From: Lonepinella koalarum
Lineage (GTDB): Bacteria > Pseudomonadota > Gammaproteobacteria > Enterobacterales > Pasteurellaceae
Length of the DNA stretch: 64,000 bases
Direction: 5' to 3'
Assembly (NCBI GenBank): GCA_030525745.1
Contig: JAUNED010000002.1
Location: 46,222 to 110,221, forward strand
Shown in pieces: positions 46,502 through 56,035 of the stretch. The notes beneath the pieces are model-generated. The model ran no database searches, was not told the DNA's origin, and saw only the letters and a list, made by a program, of their open reading frames with translations. The position numbers were made by a program, and so were the translations under genes. Position 1 is the stretch's first letter, and each line of letters opens with the position of its first letter.

Positions 46502-48811
46502 TTAGGGAATAATCAATTGGCGATACCAAGGACTCCATTGATGACGTGCTGTTTCTATTCGTCTGTTTTCTGCCGTAACAATTACCGAAATCTGCCCTGA
46601 AACCGCTGTGTTATAGACCGCACTTTTTACTGCTTCAAGGCGTTCAACAACATTTTTATGAGGAAAATGCCAAGGATTCCAACGACCACTGGAAATTAAC
46701 GCAATATTAGGTTGAATTTTCGTTAATAATGCTGCGCCTGTAGAAGTTTTACTCCCGTGATGTCCCACTTGTAATACATGAATTTTATTCAAATCCGGTA
46801 AAATTTGCTGTTCAGAGGCGAGATCAGCATCACCGGTTAAAAGCAAATAAGACTTACCGTCATTCACCACAATCACACAAGAATCCGGATTTTTCGCTTC
46901 ATTTACGCTGTTTAGTGGCGATAACGCTAGAAAATCTAATCCTTGCCAATGAAAATTCAAGCCTTTATTACAAAAAGTGCGGTCAGTTTTATTATAGTTT
47001 TTATAAGACGGACTGATAAATTCAACCTGAGGGAAAGCTGATAATACTGCATTTGCACCTCCCGCATGATCATTATCATCATGACTTAAGATTAGTTTAT
47101 CCAATATGATCCCTTCACGTCGTAAATAAGGCAAAATCTCTAACTCAGCCATTGAGCCATTTTGCCAAGCCGCACCGGTATCGTATAAAACGCCTCTACC
47201 ATTTTTCACAATTAATGTGGCCAGTCCTTGTCCTATATCCAAGGTTTCAATACGCCATTCATCATTTTTACCTAGTCTGAAAGAAACCTTGCCTAATCCG
47301 TAAAACAGTACCCCAAAGACTAAAATCCAAATACCAAGAGGTATTTTGTTCTTTATTCGTCTCCTCCATAACATGTACAGTAAAATCAAAGCAAAAACTA
47401 CGCTCAATATTCCTTGGGTTTTATAGGATATATCCAACCAACCACTCTCAAATATACTGAGAATGGATAAAATCCCTTGAGCCAATTTATCGGCTATTTC
47501 CCAGCTATAAAAACAACCTTGAGTTAAAACCGCAAATAACACGAGTGGAACTAGCAGAAAACTAAATAAGGGAACCGCAATAAGATTAGTGATAATGCTG
47601 TAGAGAGAAAAACCGTTAAACACCGTTAATTGCAGGGGCATAAAAAGCCAAAACAGCCCAATTTGTAAATGAATCAAGCCAATCCCCCATTTTAACGTTT
47701 TAGGCAGTTCTTTTTTAGTCCAAGTAAAATACGATAACGGAACCAATTGATACCATAAAATCAAACTACCTACCGCACCAACAGATAACATAAAACTATC
47801 GGACAAAACCATTAAAGGATCACTCAACAGTAATATACTGATCACAATAAAAAATAATCGCCAGGGCGTAAAGTAATAACGACAATAATGCAACCCAATC
47901 ACAATCAATAATGCCACTACCGCTCTAAATGTAGGAATTGCAAAGCCGGCAAGTTGAGCATAAAACAAGGCAAATAAACCACTGCCAATCAAAGGAAACA
48001 ATGGCGAAATTTGACTAACAGGGATAAAAAATTGCACACCTCTGGCCAACCCAAAACCAATTAATGCGGCTAATCCGATATGAAGTCCTGAAATAGCAAT
48101 TAAATGTGCCGTATTGGTTTTCTGATAAATTTTCCAATCAAGAGGAGACAACCAAGCTCTCTCGCCAAAAGATAATGCCAGTAATAAACCTTGTTGGCTT
48201 AATTCATTGGTTTGTTTTTTTGCCTGATCAAATAAACGGTCTCGCCAAGATAAATCTTGGCCGATTTTGACCGCACTTTTAATCGTTGCATAGCCACTAA
48301 TTCCTTTGGAAAAATACCATTGTTGTCGATCAAAACCGCCTTTATTTAGTCTGGACGAAATAGCTCTCAATTGTAATTCCCCCTGCCAAATATCGCCCTG
48401 TTTTATTTCCTCTTTCAATGAAAATCTGGCATAAATACGTTGATTTTTTAATGTGATTAAATCGATACGAATAACAGCGGCTTGATAATCTTGCTGATGA
48501 TGAATTTCCTCAATTTTAAAACGCATGTTCATTTTTTTCGGCAATGCAGCTACAGCTTTTGCTTCAGATAATGCATTCAATGCGGTATCGTGCATATAAC
48601 CGCATATTGCTAATAATGTAACAAGGGCAAAAAAATACTTTGTTAAACCGGTTTTATTACAGCAAAATGCACTATACCCCAATAATCCGCAACACAGCAT
48701 TATAGGCAATACTTTCTGCCAAGATAACAATAAAAATTCAGGCGCAATATAAATAGAAATTGCCCCTAAAATCACGCTGACAAACAAGCTTTCCAGCTGA
48801 AAAATTTGCAT
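46502..48811 (-). CDS. rec2: DNA internalisation competence protein ComEC/Rec2
   Basis: 769 aa. N-terminal DUF4131-like TM region, central competence domain, C-terminal metallo-beta-lactamase (HDDNDHAGG). Confidence 0.85.
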   Translation of the reverse strand: MQIFQLESLFVSVILGAISIYIAPEFLLLSWQKVLPIMLCCGLLGYSAFCCNKTGLTKYFFALVTLLAICGYMHDTALNALSEAKAVAALPKKMNMRFKIEEIHHQQDYQAAVIRIDLITLKNQRIYARFSLKEEIKQGDIWQGELQLRAISSRLNKGGFDRQQWYFSKGISGYATIKSAVKIGQDLSWRDRLFDQAKKQTNELSQQGLLLALSFGERAWLSPLDWKIYQKTNTAHLIAISGLHIGLAALIGFGLARGVQFFIPVSQISPLFPLIGSGLFALFYAQLAGFAIPTFRAVVALLIVIGLHYCRYYFTPWRLFFIVISILLLSDPLMVLSDSFMLSVGAVGSLILWYQLVPLSYFTWTKKELPKTLKWGIGLIHLQIGLFWLFMPLQLTVFNGFSLYSIITNLIAVPLFSFLLVPLVLFAVLTQGCFYSWEIADKLAQGILSILSIFESGWLDISYKTQGILSVVFALILLYMLWRRRIKNKIPLGIWILVFGVLFYGLGKVSFRLGKNDEWRIETLDIGQGLATLIVKNGRGVLYDTGAAWQNGSMAELEILPYLRREGIILDKLILSHDDNDHAGGANAVLSAFPQVEFISPSYKNYNKTDRTFCNKGLNFHWQGLDFLALSPLNSVNEAKNPDSCVIVVNDGKSYLLLTGDADLASEQQILPDLNKIHVLQVGHHGSKTSTGAALLTKIQPNIALISSGRWNPWHFPHKNVVERLEAVKSAVYNTAVSGQISVIVTAENRRIETARHQWSPWYRQLIIP

Positions 48812-48887
48812 TTATTGACACCATAAAACGCTAAAAATACATTATCTTTAATTGTTTTTTTAACTTTTCCCAAATCCCTCTGCAAAT

Positions 48888-48909
48888 TTTTACGATCCGG
48901 ATCACAAAA
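48888..48909. promoter_or_regulatory. CRP-type 22-bp site TTTTACGATCCGGATCACAAAA (CRP-S-like left half) in the rec2/dksA divergent region
   Basis: Palindromic about the TCCGGA spacer. The right half is a canonical TCACA. The left half is TACGA, with C at position 6 as in Sxy-dependent CRP-S sites. It lies about 87 bp upstream of the rec2 ATG. Confidence 0.4.
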
Positions 48910-49039
48910 ATAAAAATTTTCCTCTTGAAATGCGAAAGTTTTTATAAATTAAGTTGCTTATTTATTCAAGTTCTGTTATTTATAGCGCCTTTAAAAATAC
49001 CTTTGATTCTCCAGTAAGAAAAAATCCCCCAATTTAGGA

Positions 49040-49486
49040 GTGCAAATGACAGCAAAATCCTCTTTAAGCCTATTATCTTTGGCCGGCGTAGAGCCTTATC
49101 AAGAAAAAGCAGGTGAAGAATATATGAATGAACATCAACTTCTTCATTTCAAAAAAATTTTACAGGCATGGCAAGAGCAAATTCGTGAGGAGGCTAACCG
49201 CACAGTTGCACATATGCAAGATGAGGCATCTAACTTCCCTGATCCTGCTGACCGCGCAACCCAAGAGGAAGAATTCAGTTTAGAGTTACGCAACCGTGAT
49301 CGTGAACGTAAATTAATGAAAAAAATTGAAAGTACCCTGAAAAAGCTGGAAACAGAAGATTTTGGTTATTGTGATTCTTGTGGCGTAGAAATCGGTATTC
49401 GCCGTTTAGAAGCACGTCCGACAGCTGATTTATGCATTGATTGCAAAACATTGGCAGAAGTACGTGAAAAACAAATGGGCATATAA
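49040..49486 (+). CDS. dksA: RNA polymerase-binding transcription factor DksA
   Basis: 148 aa. C4 zinc finger [25 protein letters not shown]. Aligns with E. coli DksA. Confidence 0.9.
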   Translation: MQMTAKSSLSLLSLAGVEPYQEKAGEEYMNEHQLLHFKKILQAWQEQIREEANRTVAHMQDEASNFPDPADRATQEEEFSLELRNRDRERKLMKKIESTLKKLETEDFGYCDSCGVEIGIRRLEARPTADLCIDCKTLAEVREKQMGI

Positions 49487-49515
49487 TTTCTCTAATAACA
49501 TAAAATTAAATAAGA

Positions 49516-49546
49516 AAAAGTGCGGTGATTTTTACCGCACTTTTGT
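49516..49546 (+). terminator. USS-pair terminator after dksA
   Basis: AAAAGTGCGGT-gattttt-ACCGCACTTTTG. Confidence 0.6.
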
Positions 49547-49573
49547 CGTCTATAATGAATGTAGGAGTAAGCT

Positions 49574-50989
49574 ATTTTAACTTACATAAAAAGAATTTTT
49601 GATAAAAAATCCTCTTCCGGCGTTAAAAAAGAAATATCTCAAGAAAGCCAAAGAAACGAACTCAATTTATCAAAAATCAATAAAACAAAATATGTCATTA
49701 ACGCTTCCCAATTAGGTATTAATGCCCGTCAAATGAGTCGTAATGCGCTGACTATTGTAGAAAAATTACAGCGTAACGGTTTTGAAGCTTATATTGTCGG
49801 TGGTTGTTTGCGTGATTTGCTTCTAGGAAAGCAACCAAAGGATTTTGACGTAGCAACCAATGCCCGTCCGGAGCAAATTCAAGCCATTTTTCAACGTCAA
49901 TGTCGCTTGGTGGGGCGACGTTTTCGCTTGGCACACATTCTGTTTGGGCGTGATGTGATTGAAGTCGCTACTTTTCGAGCCAATCATAATGAAAAACACA
50001 GTGAACATCAATCTCGACAAAATGAAGATGGTATGTTACTGCGAGATAATGTGTATGGTTCTTTGGAACAAGATGCAGAACGTCGCGATTTCACTGTAAA
50101 CGCCCTCTATTACAATCCGAAAAATAATACCCTACTGGATTATTATAATGGATTAAATGATCTAAAAGCAGGTAAATTACGCTTGATCGGTGAACCTACT
50201 ACCCGTTATCAGGAAGATCCTGTACGAATGTTACGCGCCATTCGTTTTATGGCTAAATTAGATATGTTCTTGGATAAAGACACGGAAAAACCAATTAAAA
50301 CCTTAGCGCATTTATTGAAAAATATTCCGCCTGCTCGCTTATTCGATGAAAGTTTGAAATTATTGCAATCAGGAAATGGGGTTAAAACCTACCATTTATT
50401 GCGTCAATACGGTTTATTTCAACTGCTTTTCCCGACGTTAATGCCTTTTTTTACAGAAAAAGAAGACAGTCTCGCAGAACGTATGATTGTCAAAGCCCTT
50501 TCTTCTACCGATGAGCGAATTGCTGATAATTTACGGATTAATCCTGCTTTTTTATTTGCTGCATTTTATTGGTATCCTCTACGGGAAAAAGTGGAAATAC
50601 TAAAAAACGAAGGTGGTCTAAATAACCACGATGCTTATGCTTTAGCCGGAAACGAGCTATTGGATCAGATTTGTGCCACTATTGCAGCACCACGCCGACA
50701 TACCGCAGTTATCCGTGATATTTGGTTTTTACAACTGCAATTGATGAAACGACATGGCAAAGCACCACAACGCACAATGGAACAAACTAAATTCCGTGCG
50801 GGTTATGATTTGTTGGCTATGCGTGCGGAACTTGAAGGCTCGGAAACTATTGAATTAGCTACTTGGTGGCATGAATATCAATTGAGTAATCAAGAACAGC
50901 GCGATATTTTGGTACAAGAACAAAATCAAAAGTCGCCAAAACCGAAAAAACGCTATCGCAGACGTAGTCCTAAAAAGGCGGTAAAATAA
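49574..50989 (+). CDS. pcnB: Poly(A) polymerase I, probably initiated at a non-canonical AUU codon
   Basis: The ATG ORF (49733..50989) aligns with E. coli PcnB from residue about 54 onward. The in-frame upstream 53 codons continue the alignment (…VINASQLGINARQMSRNAL… vs …VIPREQHAISRKDISENAL…). That upstream frame has no ATG/GTG. An AGGAG SD sits 6 nt before ATT at 49574 (AUU UUA ACU…), mirroring the known E. coli pcnB AUU start. Confidence 0.8.
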   Translation: MLTYIKRIFDKKSSSGVKKEISQESQRNELNLSKINKTKYVINASQLGINARQMSRNALTIVEKLQRNGFEAYIVGGCLRDLLLGKQPKDFDVATNARPEQIQAIFQRQCRLVGRRFRLAHILFGRDVIEVATFRANHNEKHSEHQSRQNEDGMLLRDNVYGSLEQDAERRDFTVNALYYNPKNNTLLDYYNGLNDLKAGKLRLIGEPTTRYQEDPVRMLRAIRFMAKLDMFLDKDTEKPIKTLAHLLKNIPPARLFDESLKLLQSGNGVKTYHLLRQYGLFQLLFPTLMPFFTEKEDSLAERMIVKALSSTDERIADNLRINPAFLFAAFYWYPLREKVEILKNEGGLNNHDAYALAGNELLDQICATIAAPRRHTAVIRDIWFLQLQLMKRHGKAPQRTMEQTKFRAGYDLLAMRAELEGSETIELATWWHEYQLSNQEQRDILVQEQNQKSPKPKKRYRRRSPKKAVK

Positions 50990-51465
50990 TGATTACTGCT
51001 TATATCGCTCTCGGTAGCAATTTAAACTCACCGGTAGAACAATTGCAATCTGCATTAAAATCTATCCATGATTTACCTCATACTCAACTTACACATTGCA
51101 GTGCTTTTTATCAAAGTAAACCGTTAGGACCACAAGATCAGCCGGATTATGTGAATGCAGTTGCCTGTATAGAAACAACATTATCTCCCCTTGAATTACT
51201 CGATGAATTACAACGTATTGAAAATGAGCAAGGACGCATACGCCTACGCCGCTGGGGAGAACGCACACTTGATTTGGATATATTGCTCTATGGTGATTTA
51301 CAGATAGAATCTGAACGCTTAACACTTCCTCATTATGATATGAAAAACCGGGAATTTGTCATCATTCCTTTATTGGAAATTGCACCACAATTAATTTTAC
51401 CTTGCGGTGATCGGGTAACAGATTTAGCCACACAATTTTCTACACATCAAATGCAAAAACGATAA
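50989..51465 (+). CDS. folK: 2-amino-4-hydroxy-6-hydroxymethyldihydropteridine pyrophosphokinase
   Basis: 158 aa. MITAYIALGSNL… HPPK signature. TAATG overlap with pcnB as in E. coli. Confidence 0.9.
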   Translation: MITAYIALGSNLNSPVEQLQSALKSIHDLPHTQLTHCSAFYQSKPLGPQDQPDYVNAVACIETTLSPLELLDELQRIENEQGRIRLRRWGERTLDLDILLYGDLQIESERLTLPHYDMKNREFVIIPLLEIAPQLILPCGDRVTDLATQFSTHQMQKR

Positions 51466-51505
51466 AAAAAGCCCGAATAATAAAGGGAATTCGGGCCATT
51501 TTTAA
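51464..51505. terminator. Bidirectional terminator between folK and fabA
   Basis: AAAAAAA-GCCCGAAT-(loop)-ATTCGGGC-CATTTTT. Confidence 0.5.
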
Positions 51506-51527
51506 ATGAGTTGTAAGTTATTGTTCG

Positions 51528-52061
51528 TTAAAAGGTTGAAGTATCTTGGAATAAACCCACTTTTAAATCTGTAGCGGTATAAATGACACGCCCATCAACT
51601 TCTACTTCGCCATCGGCAAGCCCCATCACTAATTTACGGTTAATCACCCGTTTTAAGTGAATACGGTAAACGACTTTTTTAGCCGTCGGTAAAATTTGAC
51701 CGGTAAATTTGACTTCACCTACACCTAATGCTCGACCTTTTCCTTCACCACCGATCCAACCTAAGTAGAATCCGACCAATTGCCACATAGCATCAAGACC
51801 TAAACAACCCGGCATGACAGGATCATTGATAAAGTGACAACCGAAAAAGAATAAATCCGGACGAATATCTAATTCCGCTTCCACATAACCTTTACCGAAT
51901 AAACCACCGGTTTCATTCATCTCAATGATACGATCCATCATCAACATTGTCGGTGCAGGTAATTGAGGGCCTTTCTCCCCAAAGAGTTCGCCACGACCAG
52001 AAGCTAATAAATCCTCATAATCATAGGCATTTTTACGATTCGGAATACAAGTGTTTTGCAT
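51528..52061 (-). CDS. fabA: 3-hydroxydecanoyl-ACP dehydratase/isomerase
   Basis: 177 aa. Nearly collinear with E. coli FabA (…[25 protein letters not shown]……[22 protein letters not shown]…). Confidence 0.95.
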   Translation of the reverse strand: MQNTCIPNRKNAYDYEDLLASGRGELFGEKGPQLPAPTMLMMDRIIEMNETGGLFGKGYVEAELDIRPDLFFFGCHFINDPVMPGCLGLDAMWQLVGFYLGWIGGEGKGRALGVGEVKFTGQILPTAKKVVYRIHLKRVINRKLVMGLADGEVEVDGRVIYTATDLKVGLFQDTSTF

Positions 52062-52186
52062 TTTTTGTTCTCTGTGTTAAATATCATTTTCTCAAATAGC
52101 CGAATAGCTAAGAGATATAAGCATTTTCACAGAGTTTCACATGGAAGTAAATAGCGAACACTTGTTAGCTAAACTTATCGGATCAG

Positions 52187-53953
52187 TTATTTTTTAGTAA
52201 ACCATTTCAACCAAATCGGTACAGAGGAACGCTCAGCTTCCGAATATTGTTCTATGCGTTTAGAAATCACTTGATTTAATGGTAACTCATTGTTTTTATA
52301 AGATTTACCTTCCTGTTCCAATAAATCACGTTCAAATAAAATCTCACAAGTTTGATGAATATCTTCGACTGCCCAAATAAAAAATTGCTGATTTTCTACC
52401 GCACTTTTAACTTCATCTGTTAGAGATAATTGATGAATAACCGTTGTAGGAATAATCACACCTTGTTTACCCGTCAAACCACGGGATTTACAAATGTCAA
52501 AAAAACCTTCAATTTTGCTGTTTACTCCTCCTACAGAATGAACTAAACCAAATTGATCGATTGTACCCGTAATCGCAATAGATTGCGGTAAGGGTAAATC
52601 AGATAATGCACTGAGCAAGACACAACAGGCGGCCAAAGAAGCACTATCCCCATCAATTTCGCCATAAGACTGTTCAAACACAAGACTTGCAGAAAAAGGT
52701 AATTGAGAGGGAAAATCAAATAAATGAGATAGACAGGCTTGAGCTATCATCATTCCTTTTCCGTGCAAATTACCGGCCAAATCACTTTTTCTTTCAATAT
52801 CTATAACTTCTCCATCACCAAATTGTACAATACAACTCAAACGGGAAGGTTCACCAAAACATACCGGCGTCCCCGGATATTCAATCACAGATAAGCCGTT
52901 AATCTGCCCTACGACTTCACCATCAGTATCAATGTAAATTTGCTCATTTAAAATGTCGCTGTAAGTACGTTCCTGCAAAAAGCCTTGTTGATACTGTTTT
53001 TGCTGAAAAGCTTGCTCAAAATCTACCGCACTTAAGATAGAATTTGGCTGATTAAAGCCTGCCGAACTAATCCAATCCGTTAAAACCCTTGGTGAAATTG
53101 AGACTAAACCACGCTCTTCACTTTCACGAACGAATAATTGATAGAGTTTTTCAATCGCATTTTCGCTTAATGTCAGCTTTTGTTGTTCGCCTAAACATCG
53201 AACATAATTCGCCCAACCTTGCTGATTTTGTTCATTTTCCAAACTGAAATAGCTTTCAATTTCGGCATAATCTGCCCATTGATAAAGCCCTGTTTCCAAC
53301 TCAGAAAAAGTGGCTAACTCTTCTCGATTTCCCAATAAAATGACTTTTAAATTCAATGGAAAAGAGGGAATATCGCAAGGTAACGCCTTAAACGGATGAG
53401 CAGAATACCAATCAAAGTGTTTTGTCATTAAAATGTGTTTTAAACGTTCCCACAAATCAAATTGGCGTAACAATCCTGCAAGGGAGAGAATTAATATACC
53501 GCCATTCACTTGATGCACAAGACCTGAATTTAATTGAATATCTTTTGAACTCGGGTGAATACGGATTGAGCCCAATAATTGATTTTGGTCGAAATATAAT
53601 GCGGTAGCCACCTTTTTTTGAGAGGCAAAATTATCTGCATGAGAGGTCGCAGGTTGAGCCGAAATTTTCGGAAAAGAAAAACTGTCTGCCTGTTCAATCA
53701 AATAATGCACACCAAAAATATCACTCTTTAGTGCTTGATTTAATTCTACAAAATTTTCTACTGCATTAGCATATTCCGCCAAATCATCCACTTTCAACAT
53801 CAATAAAGTGCGGTGTGAATTTTGCAAGAATTGACGAATTGCACTACTCGCCCTTGGTTGTAAATCAAAGAAATTTACAGGTTGAGTAGCCTGAGTAAAT
53901 TCTAGTCTTGGTTGTAATAATTCAGCAGATAAAAGTAATTCAGTTGATCTCAC
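52187..53953 (-). CDS. Lon-like ATP-dependent protease (YcbZ family)
   Basis: 588 aa. C-terminal Lon protease S16 fold. Conserved position next to fabA/matP as E. coli ycbZ. Confidence 0.7.
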   Translation of the reverse strand: MRSTELLLSAELLQPRLEFTQATQPVNFFDLQPRASSAIRQFLQNSHRTLLMLKVDDLAEYANAVENFVELNQALKSDIFGVHYLIEQADSFSFPKISAQPATSHADNFASQKKVATALYFDQNQLLGSIRIHPSSKDIQLNSGLVHQVNGGILILSLAGLLRQFDLWERLKHILMTKHFDWYSAHPFKALPCDIPSFPLNLKVILLGNREELATFSELETGLYQWADYAEIESYFSLENEQNQQGWANYVRCLGEQQKLTLSENAIEKLYQLFVRESEERGLVSISPRVLTDWISSAGFNQPNSILSAVDFEQAFQQKQYQQGFLQERTYSDILNEQIYIDTDGEVVGQINGLSVIEYPGTPVCFGEPSRLSCIVQFGDGEVIDIERKSDLAGNLHGKGMMIAQACLSHLFDFPSQLPFSASLVFEQSYGEIDGDSASLAACCVLLSALSDLPLPQSIAITGTIDQFGLVHSVGGVNSKIEGFFDICKSRGLTGKQGVIIPTTVIHQLSLTDEVKSAVENQQFFIWAVEDIHQTCEILFERDLLEQEGKSYKNNELPLNQVISKRIEQYSEAERSSVPIWLKWFTKK

Positions 53954-54054
53954 GGCTTCATTAAGTCCTTAATTTGAAATTTAATCTATTATCGCACAAA
54001 ATCCATAAAATTCAGTAGAAAAACACAATTAAAAAGCGTATATTTAGGTTATTA

Positions 54055-54067
54055 GTGACAACGTAAC
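54055..54067. promoter_or_regulatory. matS-like site GTGACAACGTAAC (consensus GTGACRNYGTCAC, 1 mismatch) immediately upstream of matP
   Basis: The 13-mer is 15 bp upstream of the matP ATG. Confidence 0.35.
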
Positions 54068-54081
54068 CAAAATAATAAGAA

Positions 54082-54528
54082 ATGAAATACCAAAAATTAG
54101 AAAATCAGGAAAGCCATTGGAAATGGCTTTATCTCACAAAAAAATATCGTGAAGGCGAGCCGATTACCCGCTATGAAGAACGCAGTTTAGCTGAAGATAA
54201 AAGCAAACAATTAATTTTGGCCAAAAATAATCCCACAGAAATAGAACAATGGATTAAAGAACATATGGGCGAATTTTTGGTGGTTAAATTAGATCAAGCA
54301 ATCAGAGCAAGGCGTAAACGTTTTTTCAATGCAGAAAAACAACATACCCGTAAAAAATCCATTAATTTGGATTATGCCGTATGGCAACGGCTTTCACGCT
54401 ACTCACGAAAAATGAATATGACCTTATCGGAAACTATTACTTATATGATTGATGAACGTGAAAGTAAGGTTCTATTTGAAAATCAAATGTCAGCGATGAA
54501 AGCAGGTTTAAAAGATTTATTAAAGTAA
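54082..54528 (+). CDS. matP: Macrodomain Ter protein MatP
   Basis: 148 aa. MKYQKLENQESHWKWLYLTKKYREGE… aligns with E. coli MatP (YcbG). Confidence 0.85.
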   Translation: MKYQKLENQESHWKWLYLTKKYREGEPITRYEERSLAEDKSKQLILAKNNPTEIEQWIKEHMGEFLVVKLDQAIRARRKRFFNAEKQHTRKKSINLDYAVWQRLSRYSRKMNMTLSETITYMIDERESKVLFENQMSAMKAGLKDLLK

Positions 54529-54567
54529 AAACGGCAATTTAAATTCAAATTGCCGTGAATATTCCAG

Positions 54568-55371
54568 TTAAGTGTTAATCATTATTCGAGAAATCCGGCC
54601 TGATTCTATCTCCTCTTCCCGAATAGTCATTACTTCACAGCCGTTATCTGTGACTACAATTTGATGCTCAAACTGTGCGGAATGACTACGATCTTTGGTT
54701 TTCACGGTCCAACCGTCTCCCATCAAACGCACTTCTTTCTTACCGGCATTAATCATAGGCTCAATGGTAAATACCATGCCTTTTTGTAAAATCACACCAC
54801 CGTCATCACCATAGTAATGTAACACTTGAGGCTCACTGTGAAATTGATCACCAATACCATGACCACAGTATTCACGTACCACACTAAAACCTTGTGCCTC
54901 CGTATATTGCTGTACGGCACGACCAATTTCACGCAGACGAATCCCCGGTTTAACTACTCTCAAACCAACATATAACGCCTCTTGAGCTGCTTCCACTAAC
55001 TTTTGGCTACGAATATTGGTTTCACCTACAATAAACATTTTGGAATTATCACCAAAATAACCGTCTTTAATTACCGTCACATCAATATTTAAAATATCGC
55101 CGTTTTTCAACACTTTTTCATCGCTCGGAATACCGTGACAAACCACTTCATTCAGTGAAATACATGTGGCTTTCGGATAACCGTGATAATTCAAGCAAGC
55201 AGGAATCACTTTTTGTTCATTTACCATATAATCGTGGCAAATACGATCCAATTCCCCCGTTGTCACTCCGGCTTTTATATAAGGTTCAATCATGACTAAC
55301 ACATCTGCGGCCAATTTACAGGATTCACGCAATTTAATGAGTTCTTCTTCTGTTCTTAATGGAATTGCCAT
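54568..55371 (-). CDS. map: Methionine aminopeptidase (type I)
   Basis: MAIPLRTEEELIKLRESC…; metal ligands D, D, H, E, E in conserved positions. Start is at MAIPL…; the track's 5-codon extension is rejected. Confidence 0.95.
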   Translation of the reverse strand: MAIPLRTEEELIKLRESCKLAADVLVMIEPYIKAGVTTGELDRICHDYMVNEQKVIPACLNYHGYPKATCISLNEVVCHGIPSDEKVLKNGDILNIDVTVIKDGYFGDNSKMFIVGETNIRSQKLVEAAQEALYVGLRVVKPGIRLREIGRAVQQYTEAQGFSVVREYCGHGIGDQFHSEPQVLHYYGDDGGVILQKGMVFTIEPMINAGKKEVRLMGDGWTVKTKDRSHSAQFEHQIVVTDNGCEVMTIREEEIESGRISRIMINT

Positions 55372-55498
55372 TTTGTTACTCCTCAAAATTTGTCCGTCTA
55401 TGATAACACCAATCCGCCTTTATGTGAAAATATCCTTGAATGAAATAGTCGGTTATTGGATAATAACCCCAATTTTTTATTCTTAATTAGGAAAGTAT

Positions 55499-55840
55499 AT
55501 GTCAGATATTTCAATTCCGTTGAATTTTACAGATGCAGCGGCAAATAAAGTGAAATCCTTAATTAGTGATGAGGAAAATCCTAATTTAAAATTACGGGTT
55601 TATATCACCGGTGGCGGCTGTAGCGGTTTCCAATACGGATTTACCTTTGATGAAAAAATCAATGACGGCGATCTGACTATTGAAAAATTGGGAGTACATT
55701 TAGTTATCGATCCCATGAGCCTACAATATCTTATCGGAGGCACAGTGGATTATACAGAAGGCTTAGACGGCTCTCGCTTCGTTGTACAAAACCCCAATGC
55801 TTCCAGTACCTGTGGATGTGGCTCATCATTTAGCATTTAG
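55499..55840 (+). CDS. erpA: Iron-sulfur cluster insertion protein ErpA (A-type carrier)
   Basis: 113 aa. IscA/HesB family with the three conserved Cys (…GGGCSGF… and C-terminal CGCGSSF). Confidence 0.85.
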   Translation: MSDISIPLNFTDAAANKVKSLISDEENPNLKLRVYITGGGCSGFQYGFTFDEKINDGDLTIEKLGVHLVIDPMSLQYLIGGTVDYTEGLDGSRFVVQNPNASSTCGCGSSFSI

Positions 55841-56035
55841 TCTTGATAAAAAGTGCGGTCATAAAACAAAATGAATTTCGTCCGCACTTTTTACATTCAA
55901 TCGTCAATATCGTCTTTTATCTCTTCTTCTCTGCAAATCTACATATCTTACCCGATAAAAATTATGGTTTCATTTATCTAATGAAATATAATAAAATTCA
56001 TGAAAATCAACCAATCCAATATTGAGGAATAAATA

